64,000 bases of DNA, from assembly GCF_006345805.1 (NCBI RefSeq), contig NC_042998.1, positions 183,892,001 through 183,956,000 of the forward strand, read 5' to 3'. Below, piece after piece: positions 1 to 11,859 of this stretch (position 1 is the stretch's first letter; each line of letters begins with the position of its first letter). The position numbers and the translations under genes were made by a program. The stretch comes from Octopus sinensis. Lineage: Eukaryota. Under the pieces are notes generated by a model that saw only the letters and a program-made list of their open reading frames with translations, made no database searches and was not told the origin of the DNA.

Positions 1-100
1 CTGAAGCCTGGTGCAGCCATCTGGCTCGCCAGCCCTCAGTCATTCGTCCAACCCATGCTAGCATGGAAAGCAGACGTTAAACAATGATGATGATGATGAT
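1..100 (-). mobile_element. Fragment of an interspersed SINE-like repeat ending in (CAT)n
   Basis: Reverse complement matches the copy at 51596-51915 (catcatcgtttaacgtc..ttcc..gctagcatgggttggacg). Confidence 0.7.
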
Positions 101-285
101 GATTAAACACTTTATAAGTCAGTACTGAATTTTACTGAGTTAACAATGCTATTAAATCAATAGTTAAGGTTATCTCTATGGGTTTTCTATAGAAATTATA
201 GCCAGCACTTATTATAGTCAGTGCTGGCTATAACTTCCACAGAAAATCTGTTGAGATAAACTTAATAAGTAATAATCATTTGCAG

Positions 286-607
286 CGCAGGAGTGGCTGT
301 GTGGTAAGTAGCTTGTTTACCAACCACATGGTTCCAGGTTCAGTCCCACTGCGTGGAACCTTGGGCAAGTGTCTTCTACTATAGCTATGTCTATGTTTGT
401 GTGTCTGTGTTTGTCCCCCTAGCATTGCTTGACAACCGATGCTGGTGTGTTTATGTCCCCGTTACTTAGCAGTTCGGCAAAAGAGACCGATAGACTAAGT
501 ACTGGGCTTACAAAAGAATAAGTCCTGGGGTCGAGTTGCTCGATTAAAAGCGGTGCTCCAGCATGGCTGCAGTCAAATGACTGAAACAAGTAAAAGAGTA
601 AAGAGTG
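286..607 (+). mobile_element. tRNA-derived SINE
   Basis: A-box-like tggctgtgtggtaa, B-box-like ggttcagtccc, tail gactgaaacaagtaaaagagtaaagagt. Many copies in the window (1245-1752, 23800-24280, 45235-45760, 53968-54425, 63318-63540, 63726-64000). Confidence 0.85.
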
Positions 608-1127
608 AGCTATATAGATTGCTGTATAGCTAGGTGGACCAATAAAAGTTAAGTGTCTCAGCTACTTTCACAACATAGAGTCTGCAAAGATTATGGGTAC
701 TACTCCATCTAACTCTGATTTTCTGATATAAAGCATCAGTACCTGATGACAAAATATGAATTGTCAACTTCTCTACTCGTTGTCCTACTACGAAATCTAT
801 ACGGTGTTTCATAGTTTTACAAAAGAGAAGAGAAATAAAAGCAAAATAAAATAGATCGAGGTTGTGAGAACATTTTCATCTACCATTTATGTCCATTGCT
901 TTGTGCTTCATAGAACCTTAATGAATTATTGTTATTGTTGTTGTTTTACCCCTTGGTCAACCTTAACAGTGCAGATTTATGTACCAGCAACAAATGTCCC
1001 ATTCTTCTCTTAGGATTTACACACCTAGAATTATATTATCCAATTTATTCCTCTGTTTCAAGATGGTAGGGTGTAATCTCAGGGATATTTGGTGAATATT
1101 TCATGCATTTTGAACAACTATTTAGAG

Positions 1128-1543
1128 TAGGGATTCTCAACCATTTTTTATCCATAGACCCCTATGATTGCTATTTTATTCTGGTGGACCCACCATAGCT
1201 ATTTGATGTTTAAAAACTAGTTTTATTTCTTTCTTTCTTTTCTTTTCTTTTACTTGTTTCAGTCATTTGACTGCAGCCATGCTGGAGCACCGCCTTTAGT
1301 CGAGCAAATCGACCCCGGGACTTATTCTTTGTAACCCCAGTAAGTCTCGGGGTCGGGTTGCTCGACTGAAGGCGGTGCACCAGCATGGCCGCAGTCAAAT
1401 GACTGAAACAAGTAAAAGAGTAAAGAGTAAAGAGTACTTATTCTATCAGTCTCTTTTGCTGAACCGCTAAGTGACAGGGACGTAAACACACTAGCATCAG
1501 TTGTCAAGCAATGCCAGGGGGACAAATACAGACACACAAACAT

Positions 1544-1578
<35 letters not shown>

Positions 1579-1977
1579 CATATATATGATGGGCTTCTTT
1601 CAGTTTCCGTCTACCAAATCCACTCACAAGGCATTCGTCAGCCCAAGGCTATAGTAGAAGACACTTGCCCAAGGTGCCACGCAGTGGGACTGAACCCAGA
1701 ACCATGTGGTTCGTAAGCAAGCTACTTACCACACAGCCACTCCTGCGCCTTTATAGAAACTTTTTTCAAAATACCTTTTTGTTTTTATCCCCACATTAAC
1801 TTAAAGAAACCTAGCTGTTTCTTGCAATAGATACCAATACATACATCTAAAGCAATATATTTTCTGGGGCTGTTGAAATATTATTGTAGATCCTCAATTT
1901 ACTATTTTGTTGCATGAACCCCTAAAAATTTTATATGGAACCTAAGGGGTTATATGGACCCCTGTTGACAACCACTG
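1128..1977. mobile_element. hAT-type non-autonomous DNA element carrying a nested SINE
   Basis: 8-bp TSD atttagag (1120-1127 and 1978-1985). Termini tagggattctcaac / gttgacaaccactg. Confidence 0.75.
1245..1752 (-). mobile_element. tRNA-derived SINE containing an inverted copy of its own tail
   Basis: Same family as 286-607. 1245-1325 and 1340-1418 are reverse complements. Confidence 0.8.
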
Positions 1978-1994
1978 ATTTAGAGGCTCACTCA

Positions 1995-2130
1995 ATAGTG
2001 TTTATTATTTATATTATTTACAATTGATGGATATTTGTCCTTATCTTGTTTGTTGTTAATACGTTTCGGCTGATATACCCTCCAGCCTTCATCAGATGTC
2101 TTGGGGAAATTTCAAACCTGGGTTCTCATT
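1995..2130 (-). mobile_element. Tail of a hammerhead-bearing SINE-like element
   Basis: Near-identical to 59195-59330. The - strand reads CTGATGA-A-GGCTG..CAGCC-GAAACGTA, with stem I disrupted. Confidence 0.7.
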
Positions 2131-2541
2131 TCTGCTACCACAACAGCTCCTTTATAGGATCCAGTTATAGGATCAAGACATCATCAGGAGGAACCACATC
2201 TGGTTTGGTTTCGGTCCCTACTCCTCTACCGTTTGGGGTGGGGTGGGGGAAGAATGTGGGAGTGCCATGAGAGTAGTATGTTAAATGGTCAACTGCCAGC
2301 TGTGGATGGTAGTAGAGTGGTCAAGTGACCAGAAACATCTCTTTTGAATGTCTTGTTTATAAAATTTGTGTAGGTGTTATTCTAAACAGTAAACAGGTGT
2401 TATTCTAAAAGTTAGGGAGGAGGAGAAGGAAGAAGACAAAGAAGAAGAAAGAGAAGTGAGAATAAGAAGGAATGTAGGTAGTATGAAAGTAGTAAGGTGC
2501 TAAATAGTCAAGTAACTTAAAATTGGCACCTCATATATATG

Positions 2542-2589
<48 letters not shown>

Positions 2590-2591
<2 letters not shown>

Positions 2592-2800
2592 TAATCCAAA
2601 CGGGAAAACAGAAAAAACAACAACACGTGGAACAATTACAGTATTATTATTATTAGGCGCTCAGGAAAATGGAATAAGGAAGGTATGACGTTTCGAGCGG
2701 AGCTCTTCGTAAGAAACATAAGAGAAAGAAGAAAGCAGAAAGGTCCCGATGTGGGCGAAAGAGGGGGAAAAAAAAAAAAAAAACGCGACTGGTGTTTACG
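2590..2800 (-). mobile_element. Penelope-derived non-autonomous fragment with a degenerate hammerhead
   Basis: Homologous to 13045-13258. The - strand reads CTTACGAAGAGCTCCGCTCGAAACGTC and ends gtttggatta next to (TA)n. Confidence 0.6.
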
Positions 2801-2889
2801 AGTTACACATGCTGAAATGACCGGAAGTTTTGGAAACCAAGGCCAAAGTAGGTTTTTAAAGCCAAAAGAGTGGAGACAGGAAGGCTGGT

Positions 2890-4128
2890 AACAAAAAATG
2901 AGGTGTATGTATGTGTAAGTGTGTGCATGTGTGTGTGAGGCGAGATAAAAAAACAAAAGATATATGTATGTGTTAGTGCGTGCGTCAGTATGTAAGTGTG
3001 TAAGGTAGGGCGAACAGTAGTTGACATAGCAAGTCTCGAGTGAGTGGTCAGTAGTAAAAAAAGGAGGAAGAAGGGAAGGAGGGTAAGGGTGGGGGCGTAT
3101 GTAACGTGTCTGTGTTGAGTGGTAGTGTGTGTGTCCAGTGTGCGTAGTTGTATGTAAGGCAAGTAATTTTGACGTGTGTGTAAGTGTAATGTATATGTAT
3201 ATGCAAATGTGTGTGTGTGTGTATGTGTGTGCGTGTGTGTTTGCAAAAGTGTGTGTGTGAGTGGGTGTGTGTATGTGTGTGCGTGTGTGTACAACAAGGC
3301 GGGGGGGGGTATTAAGGAAAAAAAAAAACTGAAGCTGAGGGAAAGATGGAAGAGTGGTCCCGCGGCGACAGGCGTGGGAGCACCCAAAGTACGCGCCCGC
3401 CCCAGATACGGACAGGAGAAATAGTCGGTAACCTCGAGCTTGGTGCATGCATGCGCGAGCGCGCACAAGCGTGTATGTGCGCGCGCCTGCGAGTGTGTGT
3501 GTAGGTATGTGTGTGTGTGGATGTGTGAGTGTGTCTGTGTGTATGTCCGGGTGTCAGTGTGTCCGATGAATGTATGTAAGTATGTGTGTGTATAGATGTA
3601 TGTCCGTGTGTGTGTGTGTGTGTATGTGTATGAGTGTGTATGTATGTACGTGTGTGTGTGTGGAAGTGTGTGTATGTGCGTGTGTGTGCGCGTACATGCA
3701 GGTGTGTGAGTGAGTGTGTGTATGTGTATGTATGTGTGAGTGTGTATGTCTGTGTGTGTAGGATGCATGTATGTGTATGGGTGTACGTATGTGTGTGTGT
3801 ATGTATGTGTACGTGCGTGTGTGTGTATGCATGTGTGCCTGTATGCGTACTGCGCGTGTGCATGCATGCATGCATGTGTGTGTGTGTGTGTGCATGTGTG
3901 TAGGTATATATGTATGTGCGTATATGTGTGTGTATGTGCGTACATGTGTGTGTGTGTATGCATGTGTGTGTATGTAGGTATGTAGGCGTGTGTGTATGCA
4001 TGTGTGTGTATGTAGGTATGTAGGCGTGTGTGTATAGGTGTATGTATGTAAGTATGTATGGGTGTGTCCGTGTATGTGTGTGTATGCATGTGTGTGTATG
4101 TAGGTGTGTAGGCGTGTGTGTATAGGTG
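2890..4128. repeat. Complex (TG)n/(TATG)n low-complexity tract with a 38-bp sub-repeat near 3950-4125
   Basis: Visible directly. It generates the spurious His/Thr-rich ORFs. Confidence 0.95.
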
Positions 4129-4134
4129 AATATT

Positions 4135-4710
4135 AGGGAATAAATCCAAACTTACAGGGAAAAATTAGATTTAGGATTAAATCCAACTTTATAGTATAAA
4201 TATATTATATTATAATAGAAATATTAAAATAACTAAGTCTCTCTAAAAGAGAACAGCGGCAGCGTTCCCGGAAAATAATAGTTATCGCCATACTAATATG
4301 GCATTCTTATAAAAATAAGAAAAAAGCTGTCCGCTTATTAGCTCCATGAGGCCATCGCCTTAAGTTAGCTATTTGATACACAAACTGTATCCATATAACC
4401 TTCGAACAAGGGAGGTCAGTCGCTCCACACTACTTGACCGGCAGCTACAGACGCGTTTCGGGGTATTGCCCCTTTTCAATGCAGCGTAGCCAGCCAGTAG
4501 GTGTCGCTTCCGACAATCTCTGTTCGATGGTTTTATTTACCTAGTTTCGGTGGAATACATCCACTTGTTTTCAATAATAGAAATATTAAAATAACTAAGT
4601 CTCTCTAAAAGAGAACAGCGGCAGCGTTCCCGGAAAATAATAGTTATCGCCATACTAATATGGCATTCTTATAAAAATAAGAAAAAAGCTGTCCGCTTAT
4701 TAGCTCCGCT
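4135..4710 (-). mobile_element. Penelope pseudo-LTR-like segment with a partial direct repeat
   Basis: About 135-bp direct repeat (about 4212-4345 and 4573-4706) flanking a hammerhead motif, with the same gtttggattta-type end as the 2590 and 13258 copies. Confidence 0.65.
4444..4485 (-). ncRNA. Minimal type I hammerhead ribozyme motif, U3/A8 variant
   Basis: The - strand reads gctgca-TTGAAAA-GGGG caata CCCC-GAAAC GC GTC-tgtagc, giving a 6-bp stem I, 4-bp stem II, palindromic ACGCGT stem III and a GUC triplet. Confidence 0.7.
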
Positions 4711-4902
4711 TATTAGTTCAGGTGTTAAAAATTAGAACCTCCAGTTGTTTCCTATATTTTTTAAAGAAAAATTCACATCCTCTGAAGGTGGAGATAGCTC
4801 TAATAATTCCAGAATTTATGTTGTATAGTATTTGATATACCTGTATGGTATCTGATTTACCTAACCAAACCCAAACAATAGTATGTAATAATAATAATAA
4901 TG

Positions 4903-4937
<35 letters not shown>

Positions 4938-4941
<4 letters not shown>

Positions 4942-6315
4942 GCCCTGATGCAGTACCAGGCAGTGGCTCTCATGGCTTCTGATCTTAACTGATTGGAAGT
5001 GTTATCATGTACATTGTTTTGTCTTGGTATAAAAGATGGGCTACAGCAAATATTCTGCTCAATACCACAGATTTGCTTGTCAGTTGTTTGACCATAACCA
5101 GTTGAGCATGTCCCTTAGTGGCTGACGATATGTGCATCTCTGATCACGAGCAGAAGTAGTGGGGGAGCATCATAGCCATGTGTTGAGAGGGATTCTTTGG
5201 GGTTTGAATAGTTCACCTCTGAAAACATGGGTGGTTCTTTCAACATCCTTAAACAACCCTTATTCAGGGACCGTTTGAGTGGGATGGGCTACTCAACCTG
5301 AAGAAAATTCTAACAGGGCCCCACCTGCAAGGTCATGTGCTGTTTATCTTGATATGAGATCACCATGTCACGCACATATGGTTGTGATGCATGTGCCTGG
5401 TGTACCCTTATCAGACGGGTAGTCATGATGGGTATATTGGGCTTCGTATATTTTACCCCAGTGTCACTTTGATGGCATGAACTGCTCTCTCACTCAATAA
5501 TAATAATAAAAATAATTACCACAAGTTTACTTGTCAGTTGTTTGACCTTAACCATTTGAGCATTCCCTTAGTGGCTGACGATATGTGCATCTCTGATCAC
5601 GAGCAGAAGTAGTGGGGGAGCATCATAGCCATGTGTTGAGGTGGATTCTTTGAAGTTTGAATAAGTCACCTCTGGAAACATGAGTGTTTCATTCAACATC
5701 CTTAAACAACCCTTATTCAGGGACTTTTTGAGCAGGATGGGTTACTCGACCAGAAGAAAATTCTAACTGGGCCCCACCTGCAAGGTCATGTGCTGTTTAT
5801 CTTGATATGAGATTACCATGTCGCACACATATGATTGTGATGCATGTGCCTAGTGTACCGTTATCAGATGGGTAGTCATGATGAGTATACTGGGCTTCGT
5901 ATATTTTACCCCAGTGTCACTTTGATGGCATGCACTGCTCTCTCACTCAAAAATAATAATAATAATAATAACAGCATATAAATAATAATAACATAAACAA
6001 AGGATTAAGGATGTTGAACGAACCACCCATATTTCCAAAGGTGAATTATCCAAAGCTCTAAAAATTCCTTTCAACATGTGGCTATGATGCTCCCCCACTA
6101 CTTCTGCTCGTGGTCAGAGATGCACATATCGTCAGCTACTAAGGCACATGCTCAACTGGTTAAGGTCAAACAACTGAGAAGCAAATCTGTAGTATTTGGC
6201 AGAATATTTGCTGTAGCCCATCTTTTATACCAAGACAAAACAATGTACATAATAACACTTCCAATCAGTTAAGATCAGAAGCTACGAGAGCCACTGCCTG
6301 GTACTGCATCAGGGC

Positions 6316-6319
<4 letters not shown>
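4938..6319. mobile_element. Composite of three copies of one interspersed repeat (two direct, one inverted) bounded by (TAA)n and (ATT)n
   Basis: 4938-5252 is the reverse complement of about 6005-6319. About 5070-5500 is directly repeated at 5520-5950. Confidence 0.8.
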
Positions 6320-6364
<45 letters not shown>

Positions 6365-7599
6365 TCTCACTGAGATCAGTAAGGTACCAGTAACATACTA
6401 AGTTTGATTGAATCGACTAACCACTCCCTTATGTCTTTATGTTAGAAGTGATTACAACAAAGGCAGAGGATAGCAGAATTAGTAGAGGATTGGTCATGTT
6501 CTGAGGTCAAATCTTGCTGGGGTTGATTTTACATTTCATCTTTTCAAGAGAGATAAATGCCTTCTGGTTTTTAGGCACAAGATGAAGAATTTTGAAGAAA
6601 AGGTGTTAGTCGATACCATTGATCGAAGTGTTTGACTTTATTGTGCCTGAAGGACAGGATTTGAACTCAGAATGTAAAGAGATGGACTAAACACTGTAAA
6701 GCTCTAACGATTCTGCCATCTTATCACTCTCTTTCCAGGCCGAAATAAATGACTGTCATGTACTGTGGACAGTTTAATTGGCTAAATTCTTCTCTTTATT
6801 GCCTATAAGATATCTTGGATGTGAATGGAAGGAAGGACATTGTATAGATTCTACAAAATTATTATTAAAAAAATTAATTATTTTTTTCTAATTTTGGTCA
6901 GCAATTTTGAGGGAAAGGGGAAAATCATTTACATTGTCCTCTGTTCTTGATTCGGTGGATGTTAGGGACAGGTCGCCCACATTAGTTGGAATTTCTCTGT
7001 TTTGACAGGGATTCTCAGATTCTTTTTTTTACAGTGCTCTTGGAAACAATGGGGACATATTTTCAGAAAAAAAAAATAGAATTAGGGAAAAAAAAAGAAA
7101 AAGAATTATGATACATGGAATATTTTTTTCCTTACACATTTTCCCATTATGCAATTAAATGGGGAGAAAAATATTAAATAAAGAAACAAGGAAGGTATAA
7201 GATAGTCGTGAGATGTGCTAAAAACAACAGATAAATCGCCCTTAACTTTTTCAATAGTGAAACCATATTCAATATCGTATGAAAGAAATTCATATAATAG
7301 GTTCAAAATTTTTGTTTTTGTTTTTGTTTTTTTAACGAAAAGCTTTCTCCCCTTGTTTTTTTAAGTGCGTAATGCCCACAAAATCGACCAAAATCGGTCC
7401 GGATTGGGGTGGGATAAAAAAAAATCATTTTTCGAAAAATCTTTTCTGCGAAAAAGATGCCCCCACCCCATCATTTCAAAGGGCACCGTGAAAAAGAAAA
7501 GAATATCTGAAAAATTCTCGTCACACGGAGAAATTCCAACTTCTGTGGACGATCTATCCCTGACGTCCACCCGACACCCCACCCCCAAAAGGATGAAAG

Positions 7600-8565
7600 G
7601 CAAAGAGAATCTCAACGGAATTTGAACTCAGAAAGTGAAGAACCGGGTAAAAATGCAGCTAAATATTTTTGTCTGACGTGCTAACGATTCTGCAGGCTAT
7701 AATAATTCTTTCTCCTATAGGCGCAAGGCCTGAAATTTGGGGGAAGGGGTTAAGTCAATAAAATCGACCCCCCAGTACTCAACTGCTGCTTATTTTACCG
7801 ATCCCGAACAGATAAAAGGCAAAGTCAACCTCGGCGGGATTTGAACTCAGAACGGAGCAGCAGACGAATTACCTATTTCTTTACTACCCACAAGGGGCTA
7901 AACACAGAGAGGACAAACAAGGACAGACAAACGGATTAAGTGGATTATATCGACCCCAGAGCGTAACTGGTACTTATTTAATCGACCCCGAAAGGATGAA
8001 AGGCAAAGTCGACCTCGGCGGAATTTGAACTCAGAACGGAGCAGCAGACGAATTACCACTAAGCATTTCGCCCGGTGTGCCAACGATTCTGCCAGCTCGC
8101 TGGCTATAATAATAATCCTTTCTACTATAGGCACAAGGCCTGAAATTTTTTTTTTTGGGTGGGGGGGGGCAGTCGATTAGATCGACGCCAGTACGCAACT
8201 GGTACTTTTTATCGAATTTGAACTCAGAACATAACGATGGGCGAAATGCAGCTAAGAATTTCGTCCAGCGTGCTAACGATTCTGCCAGCTCACCGTCTTT
8301 ATAATAATAATAATAATTATTATTATTATCATTTCTTTACTACCCACAAGGGGCTAAACACAGAGAGGACAAACAAGGACAGACCGACGGATTAAGTCGA
8401 TAATATCGACTCCAGTGCGTAACTGGTACTTATTTAATCGACCCCGAAAGGATGAAAGGCGAAGTCGACCTCGGCGGAATTTGAACTCAGAACGTTGCGG
8501 CAGACGAAATACGGCTACGCATTTCGCCCGGCGTGCTAACGTTTCTGCCAGCTCGCCGCCTTTCA
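7600..8565 (-). mobile_element. Cluster of a second tRNA-SINE family
   Basis: Repeated block gaccccgaaaggatgaaaggcaaagtcgacctcggcggaatttgaactcagaac plus a tRNA-like head. Same family as 15845-16825 and 40448-40885. Confidence 0.85.
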
Positions 8566-8612
<47 letters not shown>

Positions 8613-8622
8613 TTCTACTCAC

Positions 8623-8771
8623 TCTTCCCCAGTGACCAAATCGTTTCCACTCGGTGCATAATCCCAGATAATTTCTTCGGCTGCGATATAATAGTGAATA
8701 ATGTCTGTCTTCACTTGGGAAACTATCCCCAGCATACAGAGAAAGAAACTCGTCCACAAAGAGTGAGACAT
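8623..8771 (-). CDS. First coding exon of a secreted or membrane multicopper oxidase (hephaestin/ceruloplasmin-like ferroxidase)
   Basis: Translates MSHSLWTSFFLCMLGIVSQVKT-DIIHYYIAAEEIIWDYAPSGNDLVTGE: a hydrophobic signal peptide followed by the YYIAAEE..WDYAP motif that opens cupredoxin domain 1 in ceruloplasmin, hephaestin and factor V/VIII. It ends at a consensus donor GA|GTGAGT (phase 2). Confidence 0.88.
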
Positions 8772-8803
8772 GTTTCTGCTATAGTTGTGAAAGAAACTCA
8801 GCT

Positions 8804-8835
8804 GAAGTGATTGTGATAGCAACAACTTATTTATA
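8804..8835 (-). promoter_or_regulatory. Putative core promoter (TATA plus Inr-like) of the multicopper oxidase gene
   Basis: TATAAATA at 8835-8828 and TCACTTC (YYANWYY) at 8810-8804, about 27 nt apart and about 35 nt upstream of the ATG. A GC box lies at 8891-8897. Confidence 0.4.
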
Positions 8836-9149
8836 ACCTTGAGGGAATTCCTTTTTTTTTATTAATTCTATTTGTTTAATATTTTTCTTTCCCGCCCAAC
8901 CTATGAGAACGTTACTTCATAAATTGACGTGACCTGCTCACTCCACCCCTAACATTCACTTTGCTAACTCCGCCTCCTTTGCAACAGTACACTAAATCCT
9001 CAAAACTTCTGTTACCCAAATAATAGATATACTTAGTTTTAATCCGATAGAAGAATTTTTTTGTAACCTTCTCCTTAAATAGCTCCCTTCTCCACAATCT
9101 CACCCAGCTATTCTAGCTCAGTTAAACGAATCCTCCCTCTTCTTTCCTC

Positions 9150-9197
<48 letters not shown>

Positions 9198-9399
9198 ACA
9201 CACACACACACACACGCACACGGTGGTGATATGAAATTTCACCACCCTGAGGAAATCAGGCAAATAAGAAAGCAGTGGAAAAAGTACAAAAATCAATGTG
9301 GCATACCAGTATGACCGCAGCTGTATGGCAAAAACGAATATATATACAAATATATACAACTATATACATACAAATATACTCCTCAGTAGAATCAGTAAT

Positions 9400-11155
9400 T
9401 GCAGCCACTCCAACGATCTCGCAGGCTGTGTAGTGAGTAGTATGGATGTAGTTTCACTCTAGATTTTGGTGTGGAAAAATGCATTGAGATTATCTGTGAG
9501 AGTGAAGTAGAGTTCCGCGAAGCCAACACGAGAGAACTGAGCCTTCTCCTTAAACTAAGCTATGACTGTAACTACCTAGACCAGTGCTTTTCAAACTTTT
9601 TGCTGGAGCGGAACCCCAAGGAAACATTCCACTGGCTCGAGGAACCCCTGTGCAATAATTTAATAGTCTTATGCACACATATCTGCACAGGAGACTTAAA
9701 AATTACTGCCGATTTTAGCAGTTTTGTAACTTCTTGCGGAACCCCTGCACTGTACTGGCGGAACCCTGGTTGAAAACCACTGACCTAGACAACCATGACC
9801 TTAGTAGATTCTGCCCTACCAGGTCACAGAGGGGAAGACCATCCACAATCACCTCGGCCGTGAAGAAAAGCACCGCAGAGCGCTGGAGTGGCTGGACCAT
9901 ACCCGCACAGGACCCTGAGAACAACAATCAGGTGTGAAGAATGACTGCACATACAATAGGGCTAATATAAGAACCAGCTTGAAGAACCACATAGTATAAA
10001 GTTTAACAGAAAACAATACATGCAGATTCAAGGTACAGACATTGGTGTCGGTGAGGTTGGACTTTTCATGATCAGGTGGGACAGAAAACTTAACCAATCC
10101 TTAGCTGAACAATCCACAACTGTTTTGCTTTACTGTAGGTATGTAGATGACATATTCTAGCTAAGACAAACTCTAGTAATTGCAGTGTAGAAACCGTGAG
10201 GAGCACAACGGAGAACGTCCAGCACATAGCTAACTCCATCCACCAAAATACCAAGGTAATTATAGATTACCCCACTAGGCACCCTAACAATAGACTCCCT
10301 GATCTTAATACTGAACTTTTGTTAGAAACCGCGAGCAACAGAGTGCAGCGCCACCACTCCTATTACATGAAACCCATAGCTTCTAAATATGTTGATCACA
10401 AGAACTCAGCTTTGTCACGCAACATGAAAATCAACATACTGATCGCAGACTTAGTTAGGATAATGAATAATGCCCCCCCCCCTCCCTAAGCGAACCCTAT
10501 GAAACAAGGAAACATGTACAGAACTTTCTGCATCGCATGCAATTCTCTAGATATGACCAGAAAGATAGGGTTCGGGTATACAGGGGAAGAAGTTAGATAG
10601 CATTATTTGTAATGAAAACCAGTTGTGCCTGCTCTAGATACAAAGGTAAAGACTGGAATAGGATACAGAGAATTTGTGACAAAGCAGACAGGATGAACAC
10701 ATGGTACAAGGCCGACAAATATCAAAGAGTGATGTTTGTAGATTCAACAGCCCACGAAGAACTAGCCCGGAGATTTAGGAAAGCTCTGAAGGAGACCAAA
10801 CTCAACATTTAGATCGTTTGAAAAGCCAGGGAGCTCCATCAGATCACAGTTATGTTGGACGTACCCCTTTGAGAATACCACATGCACCAATGAGAACTGC
10901 ATGGTAAGATTAACTCTGGTATTAACTGTAGAATTAGAAATATAGTCTACAGCATAAGGTATAAGGTGCATAGAGAGTGCTTGCAGGGACAAGAACATGA
11001 CACACATTGGTGCGACATCTAGAAGCATGGCAGAGAGATTAAATAAACATTTGAGACAATATGACGGCAAAAAAAAAACAGTCTTCCATACTCTGTCGAC
11101 ATGCTAAAGACTAACATGAAGGCACACTGGGTTGACTTGACATCTGCATTTTATT
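9400..11155 (+). mobile_element. Penelope-like retroelement remnant (RT plus GIY-YIG), multiply frameshifted
   Basis: Fragments ..VYKFNRKQYMQIQG.., YCRYVDDI (about 10133), IDYPTRHPNNRLPDL, YYMKPIASK, and RNIVYSI..HIGATSRSMAERLNKH. Confidence 0.85.
9582..9782. mobile_element. hAT (Charlie-like) MITE inserted in the Penelope RT
   Basis: TIRs cagtgcttttcaaac / ggttgaaaaccactg. Perfect 8-bp TSD acctagac (9574-9581, 9783-9790). Confidence 0.9.
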
Positions 11156-11798
11156 CTGTGGAAGACATCACGCATATGATTAACAGCTATCCTAAAATAT
11201 CGTCACGGTACTACCTCCCTATGCGGCACGATGTCGTTCAAACAATTTACAATGCCATCCGCAAAAAAAAGAGTGTCCTGAAATAAACTTAGAAAACCTC
11301 ACTATGGAATACATTCATAAACACCAGTTCAAGGAATACTGGTGGAATATTCCCATCAAAACTTCTGTCAATATAAACATAATAGACCGGATATTGTTGT
11401 CTGGGACAGAGGGACAAAGGTATGTATCGTCATAGAGGTCACCTGCCCTGCAGATATAAATATCTCTTTGAAAATCAAAGAAAATATGTATGGACAACTG
11501 CTTCGAAACCTCGAGTTTCTGCATCCGGAATATGAATTCATATTCATACCAATAATAACTGGAACGCCTGATTTGTTAGTAATGCTTAAAGGAGAACTTG
11601 TATAAACTCGGATTCTCAGAAAGAGAAATCGACCGTGCAATCTGTGAGTGAAACAGTGAAAATATGAAAGACTTTTCTCAAGTTCCAAATGTGAATTTGC
11701 CTGTGTTAACTACATCCCAAAGACGGAGCCTTGTATCTTTGTTGGGAACCGTCTCCCTCCTCAGTGAAAGATTTATAATAATTAAAAAATAGAAGAGA
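11155..11798 (+). mobile_element. 3' end of a restriction-like endonuclease non-LTR retrotransposon (R4/Dong-like)
   Basis: VEDITHMINSYPKISSRYYLPMRHDVV (degenerate CCHC plus RHD), then NRPDIVVWD..IEVTCPAD (PD-(D/E)xK). A 3' UTR runs into (TACA)n. Confidence 0.8.
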
Positions 11799-11828
11799 CA
11801 TACATACATACATACATACATACATACA

Positions 11829-11858
<30 letters not shown>

Positions 11859-11859
<1 letters not shown>

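Noticed and set aside
2140-2330. Possible oxidase exon (..YYSHG..KPDVVPPDD)
   Set aside because: Only a vague resemblance to the HPHG..DDAVPPG region. The copper-ligand motif is absent and there are no convincing splice sites.
2803-4149. 448-aa His/Thr-rich ORF and the many YI/CV/HT-rich ORFs elsewhere
   Set aside because: These are translations of (CA)n, (TA)n and (TATG)n microsatellites.
4760-4860. Unique-looking coding segment, also similar to 60545-60600
   Set aside because: Reads DTIQVYQILYNIN, like the CR1 RGD.IQVYKIL C-terminal motif, so it is an old LINE scrap rather than a host exon.
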